Shown here: positions 1-14,850 of the stretch, one piece after another
Layout of the letters: every line of letters starts with the position of its first letter
Numbering within the stretch: the stretch's first letter is position 1
Assembly (NCBI RefSeq): GCF_006345805.1
Contig: NC_043010.1
Location: forward strand, 33,232,001 to 33,296,000
Origin: Octopus sinensis
Taxonomy: Eukaryota
Length of the DNA stretch: 64,000 nucleotides
Direction: 5' to 3'
Program-made: the position numbers and the translations under genes
Notes under the pieces: model-generated
What the model saw: the letters and a program-made list of their open reading frames with translations, nothing else
What the model was told of the DNA's origin: nothing
Database searches by the model: none

Positions 1-224
1 ATCTGCAGCGATTTCATCTCAATCGAAGGAGAGGGGCTTTCTCCGTCCGGTTTGCGGATCCGTGGAATAAGCTGCCAGACGAGATAGTGAAGATGCCGAC
101 AACCGCTCGGTTCAAAGTCTCTCTTGACCAGAAATGGCATGAACACCACCCTGTACATAACTCCATGTCCCCCTACATGGCCTTGCTTTTTGCTTTTTGA
201 GCCAAAAAATTAACTTAACTTAAT
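1..224 (+). mobile_element. 3' end of a CR1/L2-like LINE
   Basis: Manual translation gives HLNRRRGAFSVRFADPWNKLPDEIVKMPTTARFKVSLDQKW, matching the R..FFS.RV...WN.LP...V.......FK..LD C-terminus of CR1/L2 ORF2; ends in a short (TAACT)n tail. Confidence 0.75.
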
Positions 225-937
225 CTGAATGCTAAAGGGTTAAACCACACACTTCTACAAAACTTTAAATATTGAGATAGTTTAGATTCAGTTTTTTTTT
301 TTTTTTTTTTCATGTGACTGCTGAGATAACTGTTATATTGACTTAAATTCAGAAGAAAGGGGTTTTGTATGAGTAATAAAAAAAATAGGTGCCCACTCGA
401 CTTTGGATATCCTGCTGCAGCTGTTGTTCCTTTTGTGCATTGTCCGTTTTTTTTTATTAGAAGCATTCAGTCTGTTTAAATGATTGAATGAAAAAAATTT
501 AACAACCCACTCTGTAAGTTTGTGTTTGTATAATGATGGGTGGAAAAGCCACAAAAACCATAAAATCAACAAATTTCTATGGTTTTTATTGTTAGCAGAA
601 ATAGGCTGCAAGCACTTTTAGAGCCCCGCCCAGTGAGTGTCGCAAACCTGTCTAATATTTGTAGGATATGACAGACTCGTTTCTCTTGTGCCGCTTGTGC
701 GATGACAAAATGGAGTTAATTTATGCTGAGAACACATACTAACCAGCCTGGTGTTGAGTGTAGTGTTGTCTAGCCCTACACTATGACCAATCACATCTAT
801 GCTGGTAGTAACCAAACACCTACATCAGCAGTGATGTAGGTTAAGCTGGTTGTTCTTACTCAGCAAACCAGTTTGTTTTCTTCTTACTTTCTGACAGTTT
901 CTAACTTTAAGCAGGAAAAATAAAATTTTAAAAAAAG

Positions 938-1067
938 GTGGTAGGATAAGTAGGAGGTGACTATAGCTGTGATGATGTGGTAGGAGGTGACTATGGTGGT
1001 GGGGAGTAAGAAGGGGTGGCTATAGTGGTGGTAAGGTAAGTAGGGAGTGACTATAGTAGTGGTGGTG
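938..1067. repeat. G-rich minisatellite, about 4 diverged ~30-bp units
   Basis: GTGACTATAG/GTGGCTATAG core recurs with GGTGGT spacers. Confidence 0.55.
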
Positions 1068-3339
1068 AATTGTTTTTCTTATTTACATAAAAACAAGTTT
1101 TTATGTTGTTTAACGTGATTGGACAAGCCCCTGATCCAAAGGTACTCTAGGTGACCATCCAAGTTAGTAGGATTACATTATTTGATGTCATTTATTTACC
1201 GAATACAATAAAGTGTGAATTGAGTGAAAATTTCACTGCTACATTTAGCAGGTCAAGTGACCATCTAGAAGCTTTTTCACAACATAGGTGAAATATATGT
1301 TATGGCATTCATGCCTTTCCAAAAGGTATCAGTTATATATGTTAAACAGTTTCAAATAAGAATTGAAACCATGAATGGCTGCACTACATACCAGCCAAAT
1401 GATGATGATGCCATGATGTTCATGTCTTTCTCAAAAGTATCAATGATTATTGGAATTGAAACTTGGCTGTAGAATGAATAAAATGTCAAGCAACCACCAC
1501 CCTCTAAGATGTTTTTTCATTGTGACTTTGTTCAAAAGTTGTTACAATCAGCAGCATCATCAATATTATAATAGGCACCAGCATTGCTGTGTGGTTAAGG
1601 ATCTTGCTTCCTAACCATGTGGTCTCAAGTTCAATTTCATTATGTAGCAGCTTGGGCAGCCAACCGAAACTTTGTGAATGGATTCGGTAGGCAGAAAATA
1701 GAAATGGCCTGTTGTGTGTGTGCATACATACCCTTATCTTGACATCACATGGTTGTAAATGAGTATCACCATCATACATGTTCATTTAATCTTCCATAAA
1801 GGAAGGACCTTAGAAATTTTGCCACAACATATTTTGTCTGACCCATGCAAGCATGGTAAAGTGGATGTTAAACGATGATGATTTCCATGCTGGCATGGGT
1901 TGGATTGGTCTGCTACACAGCAATTGTAATATTATTTAGAAATTATAGGGCAGCAAGCAGACAGAATTGTTAGCACACTAGGCAAAATGCTTAGCAACAT
2001 TTTGTTGATCTTTATGTTCTGAGTTCAAATTCTGCTGAGGTTGACTTTGTATTTCATTGTTTTGGGGGTCAGTAAAATAAAGACCAGTCGAGAACTGGGG
2101 TTGATGTAACTGACATCCCCCACCTCAAAAATGCTGGTCTTGTGCCAAAATTTGAAACCAATATTATTTAGAGGTTTTGTTGTAGTCATTCCTGATGTAA
2201 TTTGTATTCTGTGCAAAAACAGTTCTCAATGGAATCTAAAACTGATGCAGATGACATTGTTCACAAGAACTTAGGTGTATACCTAAGTACAACAGTTGAG
2301 ATAGAATAACAACAATCGTGTATGTGAGTAGCTTAGCATGTTATTAATATATAATGCATGACTCAGGGTGAGGAAGAATGAGGCAGTTAATTGAGAGTGA
2401 GTTAAAAGGCTGGGTTTCATAGTTAAGATGTTAACTAGATTTAGCTAAAATGAAACAGAAGTCCATATGGCAAACTCATTCAGATGCATTCCAGCATTAA
2501 GAAAACTTGTATTACCTATGAACTCACAGGCACACACACACACACACATATGTATATCATAAAATACACTGATATATATATCAAAATTGCAATATGATCT
2601 ACTGCTGGCTTACTTGAGGGTTTTCTTACATTGTCTGATTTTGTTGTCCTGTACTTTCAGAGATGTTAACTGAATACATTTGTTTCTTCATATTCAGAAG
2701 TATGGCTGTGTGGTTAAGAAGCTTGCTTTGCAACCACATGATTTCAGGTTCAGTCTCACTTCAAAGCACCTTAGGAAAATGTTAGTGAATTTGGTAAATA
2801 GAAACTGTGTTGAAGTACATCATGTATGTGTGTGTGTATGTACATTTTGTATCTCTCCCCTCCACTATTTTACAATGAATGTTGATTTGTTTACATCCTT
2901 GTAACTTAGCAATTCAGCAAAAGATATGAGTTCTGGAGTTGATTTGTTTGGGTAAACCCTTCAAGGTGATACCTCGGCATGATTGCTGTCTAATGACTGA
3001 AACAAGGAAAAGGAATGATAAATATAAATGATACAATATTTTCACAAGTTGATCTATAGTTTGTGTGTGTGAGATAGATAGATAGATGGATGGATGGATA
3101 GATACGTAAACTTGTTGTCTGGTCAGTTTTATCAGTTATTTGGTTTATTTTATGTTTGGGTGCAGACATGTTTTTGTGTAGTTAAGAAACTTGCTTCACA
3201 ATCTCATAATCCTGTGTTTAATGCCATTGCATGGTACCTTGGACAAGTACTTTTACTGTAGCTTCTTGTTAATCAGTACTTTATGAATGGAATTTGGTAG
3301 AGAGGGAACTGAGCAGTAGCCCCTCGTGTGGTTATATGT

Positions 3340-3555
3340 AGAGCTGGCAGAATCGTTAGCACGCAGGGCGAAATGTGTAGCCGTATTCCGTCTGTTGTCG
3401 AGTGTTCTGGGTTCAAATTCCGCCGAGGTCGACTTTGCCTTTCATCCTTTCGGGGTCGATAAATTAAGTACCAGTTACGCACTGGGGTCAATATAATCGA
3501 CTTAATCCCTTTGTTTGTCCCCTCTATGTTTAGCCCCTTGTGGGTAGTAAAGAAA
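3340..3555 (+). mobile_element. tRNA-derived SINE, well-preserved copy of a family recurring across the window
   Basis: Box A-like TGGCAGAATCGTTAG, box B GGTTCAAATTCC, central GCCTTTCATCCTTTCGGGGTCGATAAA block; related copies near 1950-2160, 9420-10200 (-), 16180-16320, 19290-19490, 27455-27770 and 33300-33420. Confidence 0.85.
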
Positions 3556-3639
3556 TATATATGTAGAGCTTTTGCCAATGTATATTGGGGAGGGATATAT
3601 ACATTGCTCCCACCTCACTCCTTTGGGATATTTGTTCTA

Positions 3640-3980
3640 CGGACTGGTCCAAAAGTCTTGTCACCACCTGTAAATATTGTTTTTTAATTTTCTATTATCA
3701 AGGAGAGAGTTTCACAAGAGCTATACCAGAATACCTGACAGTTGAAGGATGCTGTTTTGGCAACCTTTGCAACTATTACCAAAGCACAGAACATGGTGCT
3801 GCATCATTTTGTACCATAAAAGTGATGGTGTTTATATAGATCTTCTTGATGTGTGACAATGTCAGTGTCAATGAAAGTGAATATACTAAAACCAGTATAT
3901 GTGTTTGATATTATTATATTGTTCCTCTGTTGTTCATGTTACTTTTTGATAGTGGGTGACAAGACTTTTGGACCACCCTA
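3640..3980. mobile_element. Non-autonomous Tc1/mariner element (MITE-sized)
   Basis: TIRs TGGTCCAAAAGTCTTGTCACC / GGTGACAAGACTTTTGGACCA with flanking TA. Confidence 0.75.
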
Positions 3981-6237
3981 TACATTGAATTACAATCTGT
4001 TGTAATATTCCCTGTCACAAATGCAATGAACCGGTGATGAAGCTGTTGGAAACCTGTCCTTCATAATATGTGGCTATGAGTTTGTATACTTGATTCACAT
4101 TACACATCCATACCAACCACTTCATCTAACCTGCGCCCTTTGGCTGATTTGTTTTATAACTAGGAACTCCTTTGGCCACAGTTGACTCTGGATCTGCATA
4201 TATATGTATGGATATATTGGCAAGTTTTTTTTTTCTTTCAAGTAGAAGACTGACAGTTATCCATGCATGTAAGTCTCCTCTCTCTATGCTACAGATGTTG
4301 TGCAAGGGAAAGGTTTTTGCCTTTTGACCATTATGACTTGGCACCCAGTGTCATTACAGGCTTTAATGTCAAGGACCCTAAAGGCCAGAACAGATACCAC
4401 AAAGCAACCTGTCCGGAGTGTAGAGATTCAGAACAGGTCCTGTTCTATCCAATTTACTATCAAGTTTATTTATTTGTCACTTGATAACTCAGCTGCCTTT
4501 TTGTAAAAATCCTCCCTTTGTATTGTTCAACCTGTATTTCTGGTTCCCACTTCATATTATTTTGAGTGACTAAGTTTTATTCTCATACAGCAACACTGAT
4601 TGTATGTCTGCCCTATCTATCATATCTGTCAGTCACATAAGGAGAAGATTTCAATTCTGGACTTCTGATTTCATTTCAACTTAATTCTAAGCTCCTCTAC
4701 AAGATTGTAAGACATCCTTTTTACTTCAGTGGATCATAGTTCTATGGAAAAAATATTTGTTTTCATTCAGTTAACTTGAAGAGCTTTAAGCTCTTAATAA
4801 TTGATGTCAGTGAATTTGTTAAACTCCATGCTATTCCTCTTTATTTATATTAAGTGAAGGTTTAAGAAAATTAAAAATGTTACAGGATCAAGTTTTTCTT
4901 TTTAATCGGAATCTATCTACATAAGATGTCTATTTTAATCTGCATTTTATAAAAACTTGTTTCTCATAATTATACCACTATTGATGACCAGCACAGTCAT
5001 TGTATGTGTGTGATAGTGAGTTTACAGTCAGTGCAGTGGTGCAACAGCCACTTCTGAAATTTTCTAGGCTATTTTAATTTTCAGTTGGCACAGCCACTTC
5101 ATAGGTGTGGCTAATGTTTTCATCTAGATACATGACTTATATTATTTATTATAAGCTTTCATTTGTACATTTATGGTTGTATGGATAAAGAATTTGCTTT
5201 GCAGTCCCATGGTTTTAGGTTTGGTCCTGCAGTACAGTATCATAGACAAGTGTCTTTTCTTTGTCATTTTTATGAATGACATTTGGTTGATAGAAACTGT
5301 TTGAATATTCATCAGACAAGTCCAAGAACTCCAACACAGCCAGATTTTCACTATTTAGAACTTTTGTGGTTTTTGTATTTTCACAAGTACTTTCATGTTT
5401 TTACAACCACTGTCGGCTAAACCTGTGTGTTGAGTTAAAAGTTCCCTTAAGTCTCTAAAGTAATTACTGGGATCAATATGATCATCAAAGACTCTTGAAA
5501 GCTGTGCCCCATGATAGCTGCAATCCAATAATTGAAAGTAGGTAAAATACCTTTGATTGGGTATAGCACTCATTCATCCATCCTGCCAGCGATATGGTGA
5601 AACGAAAGAAAAGAATGTTATTTATTGTGAGATTCACTGGCGGTGGTGGTGGAGCGAGAAATGCATCCTATGAGAAGCACAATGTAATGGTTATGATGGA
5701 AATTTTTACTTCAGTTGACTGCTAAATTCTTTTATGACTCTCTAATTCCATATAATTAAGTGGCTTCTCAAGTAGGCCTCTTAAAATGACAGATAACTAA
5801 TCCAACTCGTTTGATTTTCCAACAATCATCAAGTGTTCTTGATTTGCTAAACTAGAACTTAATTAATTATGCCAGTGGTTCTCTCCCTAAAACAAAAGAA
5901 ATGGTAACACTGACTATCACTGATTTACTTCCTGTCTTAAACATATTTTCTCTGATGTTGATGCACCAATGGAAGCACTCCGAACAAAATTACGTAAGGG
6001 AAATAATCAATATAGCTATCTTTTACAGTCATTGGATTGTGACCATGCTGGGGTACCACCTTCAAGAATTTAGTGGATCAAATTGACCCCAATTCTTATT
6101 TTTAAGTCTGTTACTTATTCTATCTCTTACTGTTGTCAAACTACTAAATTATGGGGATGTAAACAAACCAACACCAGCAGTGATGTGGGATAAACACACA
6201 CACATATACATACACACACAACACACACACATACACA

Positions 6238-6771
6238 CAGGATGTCCATAAATTACTATACAGTTATTTGTAATAAAGAAATATGATTAGACTAAAAAGA
6301 TTTTCAGAAAATATCGTAACAATATAAGCAATCAATTTTATTTACTACAGTTATGATAAATGTTCAAAATGTAAGCCATTAGCTTCAATGCATTCTCAAC
6401 AAAGTAAAAGCACGCTGTGACAAACTTTGGTACACAAGTTTGGATGAAGGTTAGCAAATGTATCAATAATGTACTGCCGAAGAGCTTCAATACTTCTTGG
6501 CTTCCTCTGATTTACAAACTTGGTTTCCTTGACTTACAAACTGTTCAAAAAATTGAGACCTGTGATCAGGATCATCCTTCAGAAGTCCGTGAATTAGGCG
6601 CGGAATGTAAAGTTTCATATTGAGTTTTGTAAATATTTTATGTAATGATGTTGTTTGATACCAATTTCTGAACTACCACTGTGAATTGATTTCTTTGGGC
6701 TTCTTACATATACCTCAGCAACTGAAGTCATATTTTCTTCAGTCTAACTATATACTAACTTTATGGATGCC

Positions 6772-6774
<3 letters not shown>
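6238..6774. mobile_element. Internally deleted Tc1/mariner-like element
   Basis: Imperfect TIRs CAGGGATGTCCATAAA / TTTATGGATGCCCTG; right end abuts a (TA)n run. Confidence 0.6.
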
Positions 6775-6838
<64 letters not shown>

Positions 6839-7640
6839 ACATCATAAGAATTTATAAAGTTTCTAGATAACATGGAATAACTCTTTTTAGGAATTGGTTC
6901 TTGAAGTACACCTAAAACTATAAGTAATATCATATAAATATTGGGTTGAAAAACCCTTTTTTGATAGGAAAAATCAAAGGCTGCCCCTATGAATCGAACC
7001 CACATCTCCTGTAGACATGACAAGCATTCTACTGTTGTATGAAAACAATCCTTCGAATTTCTTTATCCATTTTAGAAACTGTATTCTCACCAGTGTCAAT
7101 TGTATGCTTGTGTGGGTTGGATGGGTTAGCCAACTCTGAGTCAGTTCTTATTTATGTCCTCTTAGACAAATCAGAATACCATGTCTCTCACTTGTATATT
7201 ACATTTTTGGCTTGTTTTCTACAGTTGCAGACATTGCAGTAATGATTTCCATCATTTGGGAGTAGATTAGACCCAGCTATACCCTGTTTTTTTTTTTTTT
7301 CCTTCGGGAAGCCTTCTTATCTCCCTCAATACTGCACACCCTCAATTTAGGGGTCTTGTCTTGTGAGTTACCTAGAAACTTCACTGTCAGTGCTGCATGA
7401 AAGCACCCTGTACACACTGTAAAGTGGCTGGTATTAGAAAGGGTATCAAGCTGTAAAAATCATGCTAAAGCAGACATTTGAGTTTGGCATAGTCTTCTGG
7501 CATATCTACTTCTGTCAAACTGTCCAACCCCTGCCAGCATGGGATATGGATGTTAAATGATGATGGAGAGAAAAATTTCATTTCAAATCGCAAGTGTTAA
7601 ACACATTGCCAAATTTCTTTTAGCAACATGTTAGATTATT

Positions 7641-7673
<33 letters not shown>

Positions 7674-9399
7674 ATGTATGTGTGTGTGTAATGTAAAGCA
7701 GATTGTATGATGCTTGTGTATGAATGGCTGTACTTCATTGTAGTGGGACAGGGACTCTAAATGCAGAAGACATGCATAAACTTGAGAGCAATGAAGCTAG
7801 TATGCTGTAATGCACATGCAACATAAATGTGCATGTACAATAAAGTGTAATAAAGATAAAGAAGTGTCAATCATTTAAAGTTGATGGCAAATATGGAAGA
7901 AGACATGGGATGAAGTAGTGAGGACTGATTACAAGATGTTAGGCTTCACAGACTGAGATGTCTGGTTTTATGAGGTTCTTGAGAAGACCCACCCACCTCA
8001 GCAAAACTGAATTCTAGAAGTACTGTGTTCCACCCATATGTAACATTAAAAAGCTTTTCACGCACCTCACCCTAATAAACTAAACTATGTCTCCCCTTCG
8101 TCTCTTCCTCACTTGTGCAGCCCAGTCCTGTCCTCACTGCCCCACCCACTGTATCATTGTGATCCTGTTCCCCCCACCACCACCACTCTGTATAACCAAG
8201 GTTTCACTAGTTGCTGCATTCCACCCTCCCTCCTTTGCATTCTCATGAACTCTCTACTCATGCACCCTTAGCAATGCTCTACCATCGAATTTGTATTCTC
8301 ATCTCTATACCTTAAGAGTATCTCCTGGCATATCACCACCATCTCTCTCACTCTCGTTCTCTTCCACTCTTGCTTTCCCTCATTCTCAATTACTCTCTCT
8401 ATCTCTCTCTCCAACAATGGTAACCATATATCTCTTCTACAGCAAGACACCTACTTCTGACCCTCTTTTATACTCTAATCCCTCATCACCAGGCACAAAG
8501 CGACCTCCTTCAATACCATCCCACCTCTCAGAGGATCTTTGTCTTGCAAGTTACTTGGTAACCTCACTGGTGTTGGTGCCACGTAAAAAGCATTCAGTCC
8601 ACATTGTAAAGTGGTTGGCATTAGAAAGAGCATCCTGCTGTAAAAGCCATATGCAAAGTAGACCTTACCAGTGCTGGTGCCATGTGAAAAGCATTCAGTT
8701 CACATTGTAAAGTGTTTGACGTTAGGAAAGGCATCCAGCTGTAAAAACCATGCCAAAACAGACAGTGGGGCTTTGTGTAGTCCTCTGGCTTGCCAGCTCC
8801 TGTTGAGCTGTCCAACACATTGGCATGGACAAATGGATGTTAAATTATGATGATATATGATCCAAATAAGAGAAAGAAAGACTTTGACACATCTTTAATG
8901 ATCAGTACCAACTATTTTCTGTACCAACTCTGCTCTGAATGCCAGCTTATGCAAAAGTTTAAAATGAAAATTTATGTAATATTTGTGATCTTAGACATTA
9001 GAGTAGCACTTCCTCAGACCTTTATCAAATGTGCACTTTTACATGGTGTGTCTGCCAGACTTTGCATTTTGCTTTTATCAGGAAGAAACAAAAAGTAAAT
9101 AAAAGCATGGTTAGGGGATGAAAGAAAAAAATGATGACGAAAGAGGACAAGAACATGAAGAAGTTAAAGATAGAGAATTGGTAGAAGCAGAAGAAAGAGA
9201 AAGCTAAACAAATAGTTGGATGGTAGAAGTGAGCTAGTGTTTACAATTACAAGTAAACCCACAGACGCCAGTATCAAATTACAATTAATGGGTGAAAAAT
9301 CATTTCAATTTAGTACAAGCGACAAAATTAAAAAGACTAAAAGGGAAAGAACGATGAAATTAAAAATAATAACAATACTAATAATAGGAAAATGATAAT

Positions 9400-10320
9400 C
9401 CTTACTACTAAATGATGGGGGAGTGGACTAGTTGATTATATTGACCCCCACTGTTTCACTGGTACTTAATTTATTGACCCCGAAAGGATGAAAGGCAAAG
9501 TCAACCTTGATGGAATGTAAAGACATAAAGCATTTTGCCTGGCATGCTAATGATTCTTGGAGCTCACTGCCTCAATAATAATAATGATACTATTAATAAT
9601 AAAGACGATAATACTAGTATTATAAATAATGACAATAGCAATGATAATAATCCTTTCTACAAGGCCTGAAATTTTGGGTAGGGGTCTAGTTGATTACATT
9701 GACCCCAGTGTGTGACTGGTACTTATTTTATCAACCCCAATAGGATGGAAGACAGAGTCGACCGGGGCGGAATTTGAACTCAGACTGTAAGGCAGGAAGA
9801 GATACCACTAAGCATTTTGCCTGGCATGCTAATGATTCTGCTAGCTCTCTGCCTTAACAACGATAATAATAATAATAATAATAATAATATAATAATAATA
9901 ATATAATAATAATAATAATAATAATACCACTATTAATAATAATAAAGACAGTAATACTAGTATTATAAATAATGGCAATAGCAATGATAATAATCCTTTC
10001 TACAAGGCCTGAAATTTTGGGGAGGAGTCTAGTTGATTACATTGACCCCAGTGTGTGACTGGTACTTATTTTATCAACCCCAAAAGGATGTAAGACAGAG
10101 TCAACCGGGGCGGAATTTGAACTCCGACTGTAAGGCAGGAAGAGATACCACTAAGCATTTTGCCTGGCATGCTAATGATTCTGCTAGCTCTGTGCCTTAA
10201 CAACGACAATGATAATAATAATAATAACAATAATAATACCACTATTAATAATAATAAAGACAGTAATACTAGTATTATAAATAATGACAATAACAATAAT
10301 ATGAATAATAATAATGATAA
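9400..10320 (-). repeat. Tandem SINE copies with (AAT)n spacers; ~340-bp local duplication
   Basis: 9640-9860 and 9985-10200 are nearly identical, as is the adjacent TATTAATAATA(ATA)AAGAC..TAATACTAGTATTATAAATAATG block; an older copy lies at about 9400-9575. Confidence 0.8.
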
Positions 10321-10329
10321 TGTTCAATA

Positions 10330-11430
10330 ACCACTAAGGGTTCACAAAAACATTGGAGACAGTACAGGGCAATACAATGTGGGGTTACATAAAAGACATG
10401 TAAAAAATAAAACTAACAATGTAAATTATAACAATGAATAATTCCCCAAAAGAAGGAGACTTCTTAGGGCTGCTTGTGGAGATCTCACAAAAACCAGGAT
10501 TGTGCTGACCACTAGGACAAGTGTTCTCTTTACATTGTCCTCCAACTTACAGGTGCATGCTTAGTTGGACCATTCTTGCAGCATTCACCCACCTTTTAGT
10601 AAAATTATGGGGAAGCAGCACTTCCCTTTCCACCCTCACTTTCCATTTCAAGTTAAGCTTAAGAAGTTGAAGGCTTGGCCAAAGAGGAAAGTGTCTGTCT
10701 TCAGCCCTTTCAATATGGTTCACCACATAACCTCATTTGCTAAGGCTACCGAGCAAAGAAAGACAATCCTGCCACCTTCCTTCCTTTCGCTTGGAAGTCC
10801 TGCCAGTTACCCCCTGGTAGTACTGCGAAGTCAAGGATTTCTGGAAATTATCCGTAGGCCCTGGCCCAAAAACTTGAAACAGACCGACCAGTTGATTCTC
10901 ACCAACGCCCAGAATCTCCCCGAGAACATCATTGTACTTGCCTGCCACTAACCCTCTATAGAAGGCCGGAGTAGATCTTCCACTGACTGCTTTTCCTGAT
11001 TGACAGAGGACTGTGAGCACCTGACAACACTCTATGTCTATGCTTGATTCAAGACTGCAGCTCAGTCAAAGAGACAAACTGGAAAATCCCATCTGAAAAA
11101 CTATGACCACACCTACTCACCATCAAGGAAGCACTGGAGATGTCATAACTTCAGCACATGTTTGTACATCAGTAACCACAGCATGCCCAGCCCTCCATTC
11201 AGCAGATTTTTATAGCAAATGGAGCACCTGAACAAAGGAACTCATTCCTTTCACAAAAAAAACAGAAGGGTGGAAAGTAAGCTAGCAGAAGTATTCTGCT
11301 GACCTTAGAATGTGACATGCAGAGACATAACAGAAAAGGAGAAAAAGAGGGAAGAAGTTAGTAAGGGGTAGGGTGTGCCTTAAAGAGTTAGAGTAGAAAC
11401 CTAAAATTAAGGAAGAAACCAAAATTTGGT
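10330..11430 (-). mobile_element. Degenerate LINE fragments, probably L1/Tx1-like
   Basis: GC-richer island with broken minus-strand frames (FYRGLV...FGPGPTDNFQKSL) resembling the C-terminal region of Tx1-type ORF2; clade tentative. Confidence 0.45.
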
Positions 11431-11624
11431 TGGGATATTTATAAAATATTTAGTTTTGAATAAACATACAGCTGGTAATGAAATAGGGTGAATTGAAATA
11501 AGATACAATTCAAAATTAAAATATGTCTCGGAACAGTGGTAGAGTACCAAGACAGAGTTGTAAAATAAGGAGAAAAGTATATAGTGTTGCTATTGCTATA
11601 TGTAAGAATATAGATACTTATATA

Positions 11625-12601
11625 CAGGGGTTGGACAAAATAATGGAAACATCTTAAAATTTCTAACAAATTTATTTTAATATGGGGTAGGACCGCTTTT
11701 GGCAGTATTTACAGCTTGAATTCTATGAGGTATGGACTCATACAAATTTTGATTTGTTTGCAAAGAAATTTTTGTCTATTCTTTAGCTAAATCAGTCTCC
11801 AGTTCTTGTAGTGATGATGGTGAACGATATCAACTCCTTACTTGTTTTCTTAAAATTCACCATAAATGTTCAATAATATTGAGCTCTGGGGACTGTGGTA
11901 GCCAGAGATGTTCAACTTCACTAAAATTTTCCTCATGCCATTCAGTAACAATTTTAGCTGTGTGAATTGGTGCATTATCATACTGAAAGAAAATAACATT
12001 CTTCTACTGCTCTAGGGACCAATTCTGTAGGTTTTTACTCCACTCTAAATGCTTTGCAATGTTTGTTTTTGAAAGTAGTAGTTTTCTGATTGCAGCCCTC
12101 CCATGCAGCTCCTGGCGAACAGTTTTTGTGGAAACTGGGTTCTCAAGGTAGTCATTAAGCTCTGCAGTAATTTTGGGAGCTGTACTGTTGTGATCCTCTC
12201 TAACAATTCGCATAAGTGTCTGATGGTCCCCATCTGAAAGTTTTGATTTTCTTCCAGAGTTTTGTTTTGACAAGGAGGTTTTTCCCTCTTTCTCAAAGGC
12301 TGTCATTACTTTTGTGATAGTACTTCTTGATACACCAAACATTTCGTCTGTTTTCATTATGCTAGTGCCTGCCATATGAGCACCAACAATTTGACCTCTT
12401 TGAAAGTCCGATAGATCTGTCATTTTTAATGAATTTTAATTACCTTTTTATGATGATATCTGAAAAGAAACAGCAATTTTAGCAAAACATTAAGCAACAC
12501 TAATAATAAATCAAAACACAAAAATAAACAAGCTTTAGACGGTTTTATAGATATTTCAAAATTATGATGCTAGGTGTTTCCATTATTTTGTCCAACCCCT
12601 G
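11625..12601 (-). mobile_element. Tc1-like transposon with internally deleted transposase pseudogene
   Basis: TIRs CAGGGGTTGGACAAAATAATGGAAACA / TGTTTCCATTATTTTGTCCAACCCCTG, TA on both sides; ORF 12423-12004 is the HTH region (MTDLSDFQRGQIVG...), then jumps to broken DNAPIH...SPELNIIEHLW motifs. Confidence 0.93.
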
Positions 12602-14420
12602 TATATCCATCTGTTTAGTTTGTTTTGAGCAAAAGCCTCAGAATGTTCTCTTAAAAGCTCCTATGCTTCTTGTTGTCAGCTACCACCTGTCAGTCTCATC
12701 TCCCAGTGGAATGGTTATACAGGTGGAACTCCTTTCAGCTAAGGATAAATATAATAATAATAATAACTTGTGGATGGTAATTCGAAGGCTATCCCACATG
12801 TCTATTAGTTAGGAATTTTTCATATTCATAAGATATCTATCATAATAATGAGCTTGTTTGTAAGTTTGTCCAAAATCATGCAATAAGAGAGTAGACGTCG
12901 GCATAAGTAAGAGTAAAAAAAAGGGAAGAGACAAAATGGTAATAACAATGAGAGAGGGATTGGTATCAAACACCTCTCGCCCTCTCCCTCTCGCTTTCTC
13001 TCTCTGAACAACAGCCTTTTCACTTTATTGATGAACACTGCCTCGCTCTTTCTCTCACTTTCTATTTACAAATGCGCACACACACTCTCTCTTTGTCTCT
13101 CACTCTTTTCACTCACTCTCTTTCTCTCTCTCAGCAACATTTTCATTTTTATTCAATGAACACTGATTTTTTTCTGATAAACATTAATAACAATATATAA
13201 GATAAGTAAATAAGATTTTTGCACCTCAAAATTATATTTTCTGTATATCTATGGATGTTTGACTGTTCTGGAAGATTTTTTTTGTTTAAAAATCTGCAGC
13301 AAAGTTAATAGAATATAAGATAAGTAAATATGTAGTAATTTTTAAGTCATAAAATTAAAATATTGTCTATTGAAAGAAAGCTTGATAATTGTAGTGGGCT
13401 GGATGTGATGTACCCACATCCTTTTTTCCAAGCTGAGATTTGAAATCAAGTCTAAGAATTCTCGCTCATTTGATCCACCACTGGCCAAACAAGTGCAAAA
13501 GAAATTTCTTTGTCCTGTCAAAAGTGATCAACGGATTTCCCGTCAACCTATGACCTGAACCGTGTCATTTAAGGTTCAAGTGGACAGGAGGTGACCTACA
13601 TTGGTAGAAATTACTCTTGTGGTATGTCTGTCCTTCTAGCTGTCATGACCATTATAAATACAGTCAGACATATGACAGAGGCAGATAGCCGTCACCAGGC
13701 GAGACAGCCAACAAGTAACTTGCACCAGTCAAGCAGCCAACAAAGAATCACATATTCAGCATGAACAACCCAACACAGTAGCAGTCGCAGAACATAAACA
13801 GACACCACCGAATGACCAGCGCACACACAGACACAAAACATGTCCAGTTCTACCTCATATATTGGCACAGTATTTCCCCTGTTTATTTTCTTCTTTGCCA
13901 ACTTGAAGCAAGTTGGTAATGTCATGTGGTGAATTTTTTGGTGTATCCAAGAAGTAAATGCAAGTGTTGATTAAATAAATTATTTAAAACACAATCCGAT
14001 GCTTTCCCATTGTTTTACTTTGATGTCATCCACATGCCTATTTTATCTGCTACCTCAGCATTTTTTGCTACACCATCTCACTACATAATATTGTCTGTTT
14101 AAAGAAAGCTAAATATAAAGGGAAGGTGATTATAAATATTTACAAATGCTTGCTGATACAGTGATGTTTGTAAATATTTATGAATGAAGAATTTTGCCAA
14201 GGCGGTAAGAGTGTGAAAGAGACAGAGATAGAGACTGTGTAGATGTTGCTTGGAAAAAAACTCTCTGTGTATGCCATTAATATAATCCTGTGTAATTTTA
14301 TACTTTGTATGGTTGTGTATAGAAATATAAACAAATTAACGTACGTACACACACACACAAATATACTCATTTGTTTTGAAGTTTGTAATTTGTTGTATTA
14401 AATATATTTATCCACCTGCT

Positions 14421-14850
14421 ATGGAGAATGAATCTGATAGAAGGCGATGGTTAGCCAGAGAGAGACAAAGGTGAAGAACAGCCAGTCTCACTCAGGAAGA
14501 ACTGGATGCAAGAAGATTAAACAATACATTAAGGTTATTAAATCAATCACGAGAAGTGAGACAAGAGAGATGAGTGCAAAATGCAAGAAGACAGGCTCGA
14601 AGACGTCAAAATGAAAAGGAGCACCTAATTGCACAAAGGAGAGATATCCAAAGAAAGGGAGGGCAGCACAAAAGTGCCGAGATGAAACAGAAGAGCAAGC
14701 AGCAGTGAGAAGAGAATATCTAAGAATGAAAGCATCACAAAGACGATGATGAAACAGAAGAGGAAGCAGCATAAAGGAGAGAAATCAATGAGAAGAATGG
14801 AAGAATTAAACGAACCATCCAAAACAAGGCAAACTCATTGCTGGTAGGGT
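14421..14850 (+). pseudogene. Degenerate charged-repeat coding fragment (STPR-like, as in Helitron RepHel N-termini)
   Basis: Broken frame MENESDRRRWLARERQR..., RDETEEQAAVRREYLRMKASQ and a second ETEEEAA unit; several stops. Confidence 0.4.

Noticed and set aside
3340-3430. tRNA gene
   Set aside because: Box A/B present but no clean cloverleaf; continues into the SINE body.
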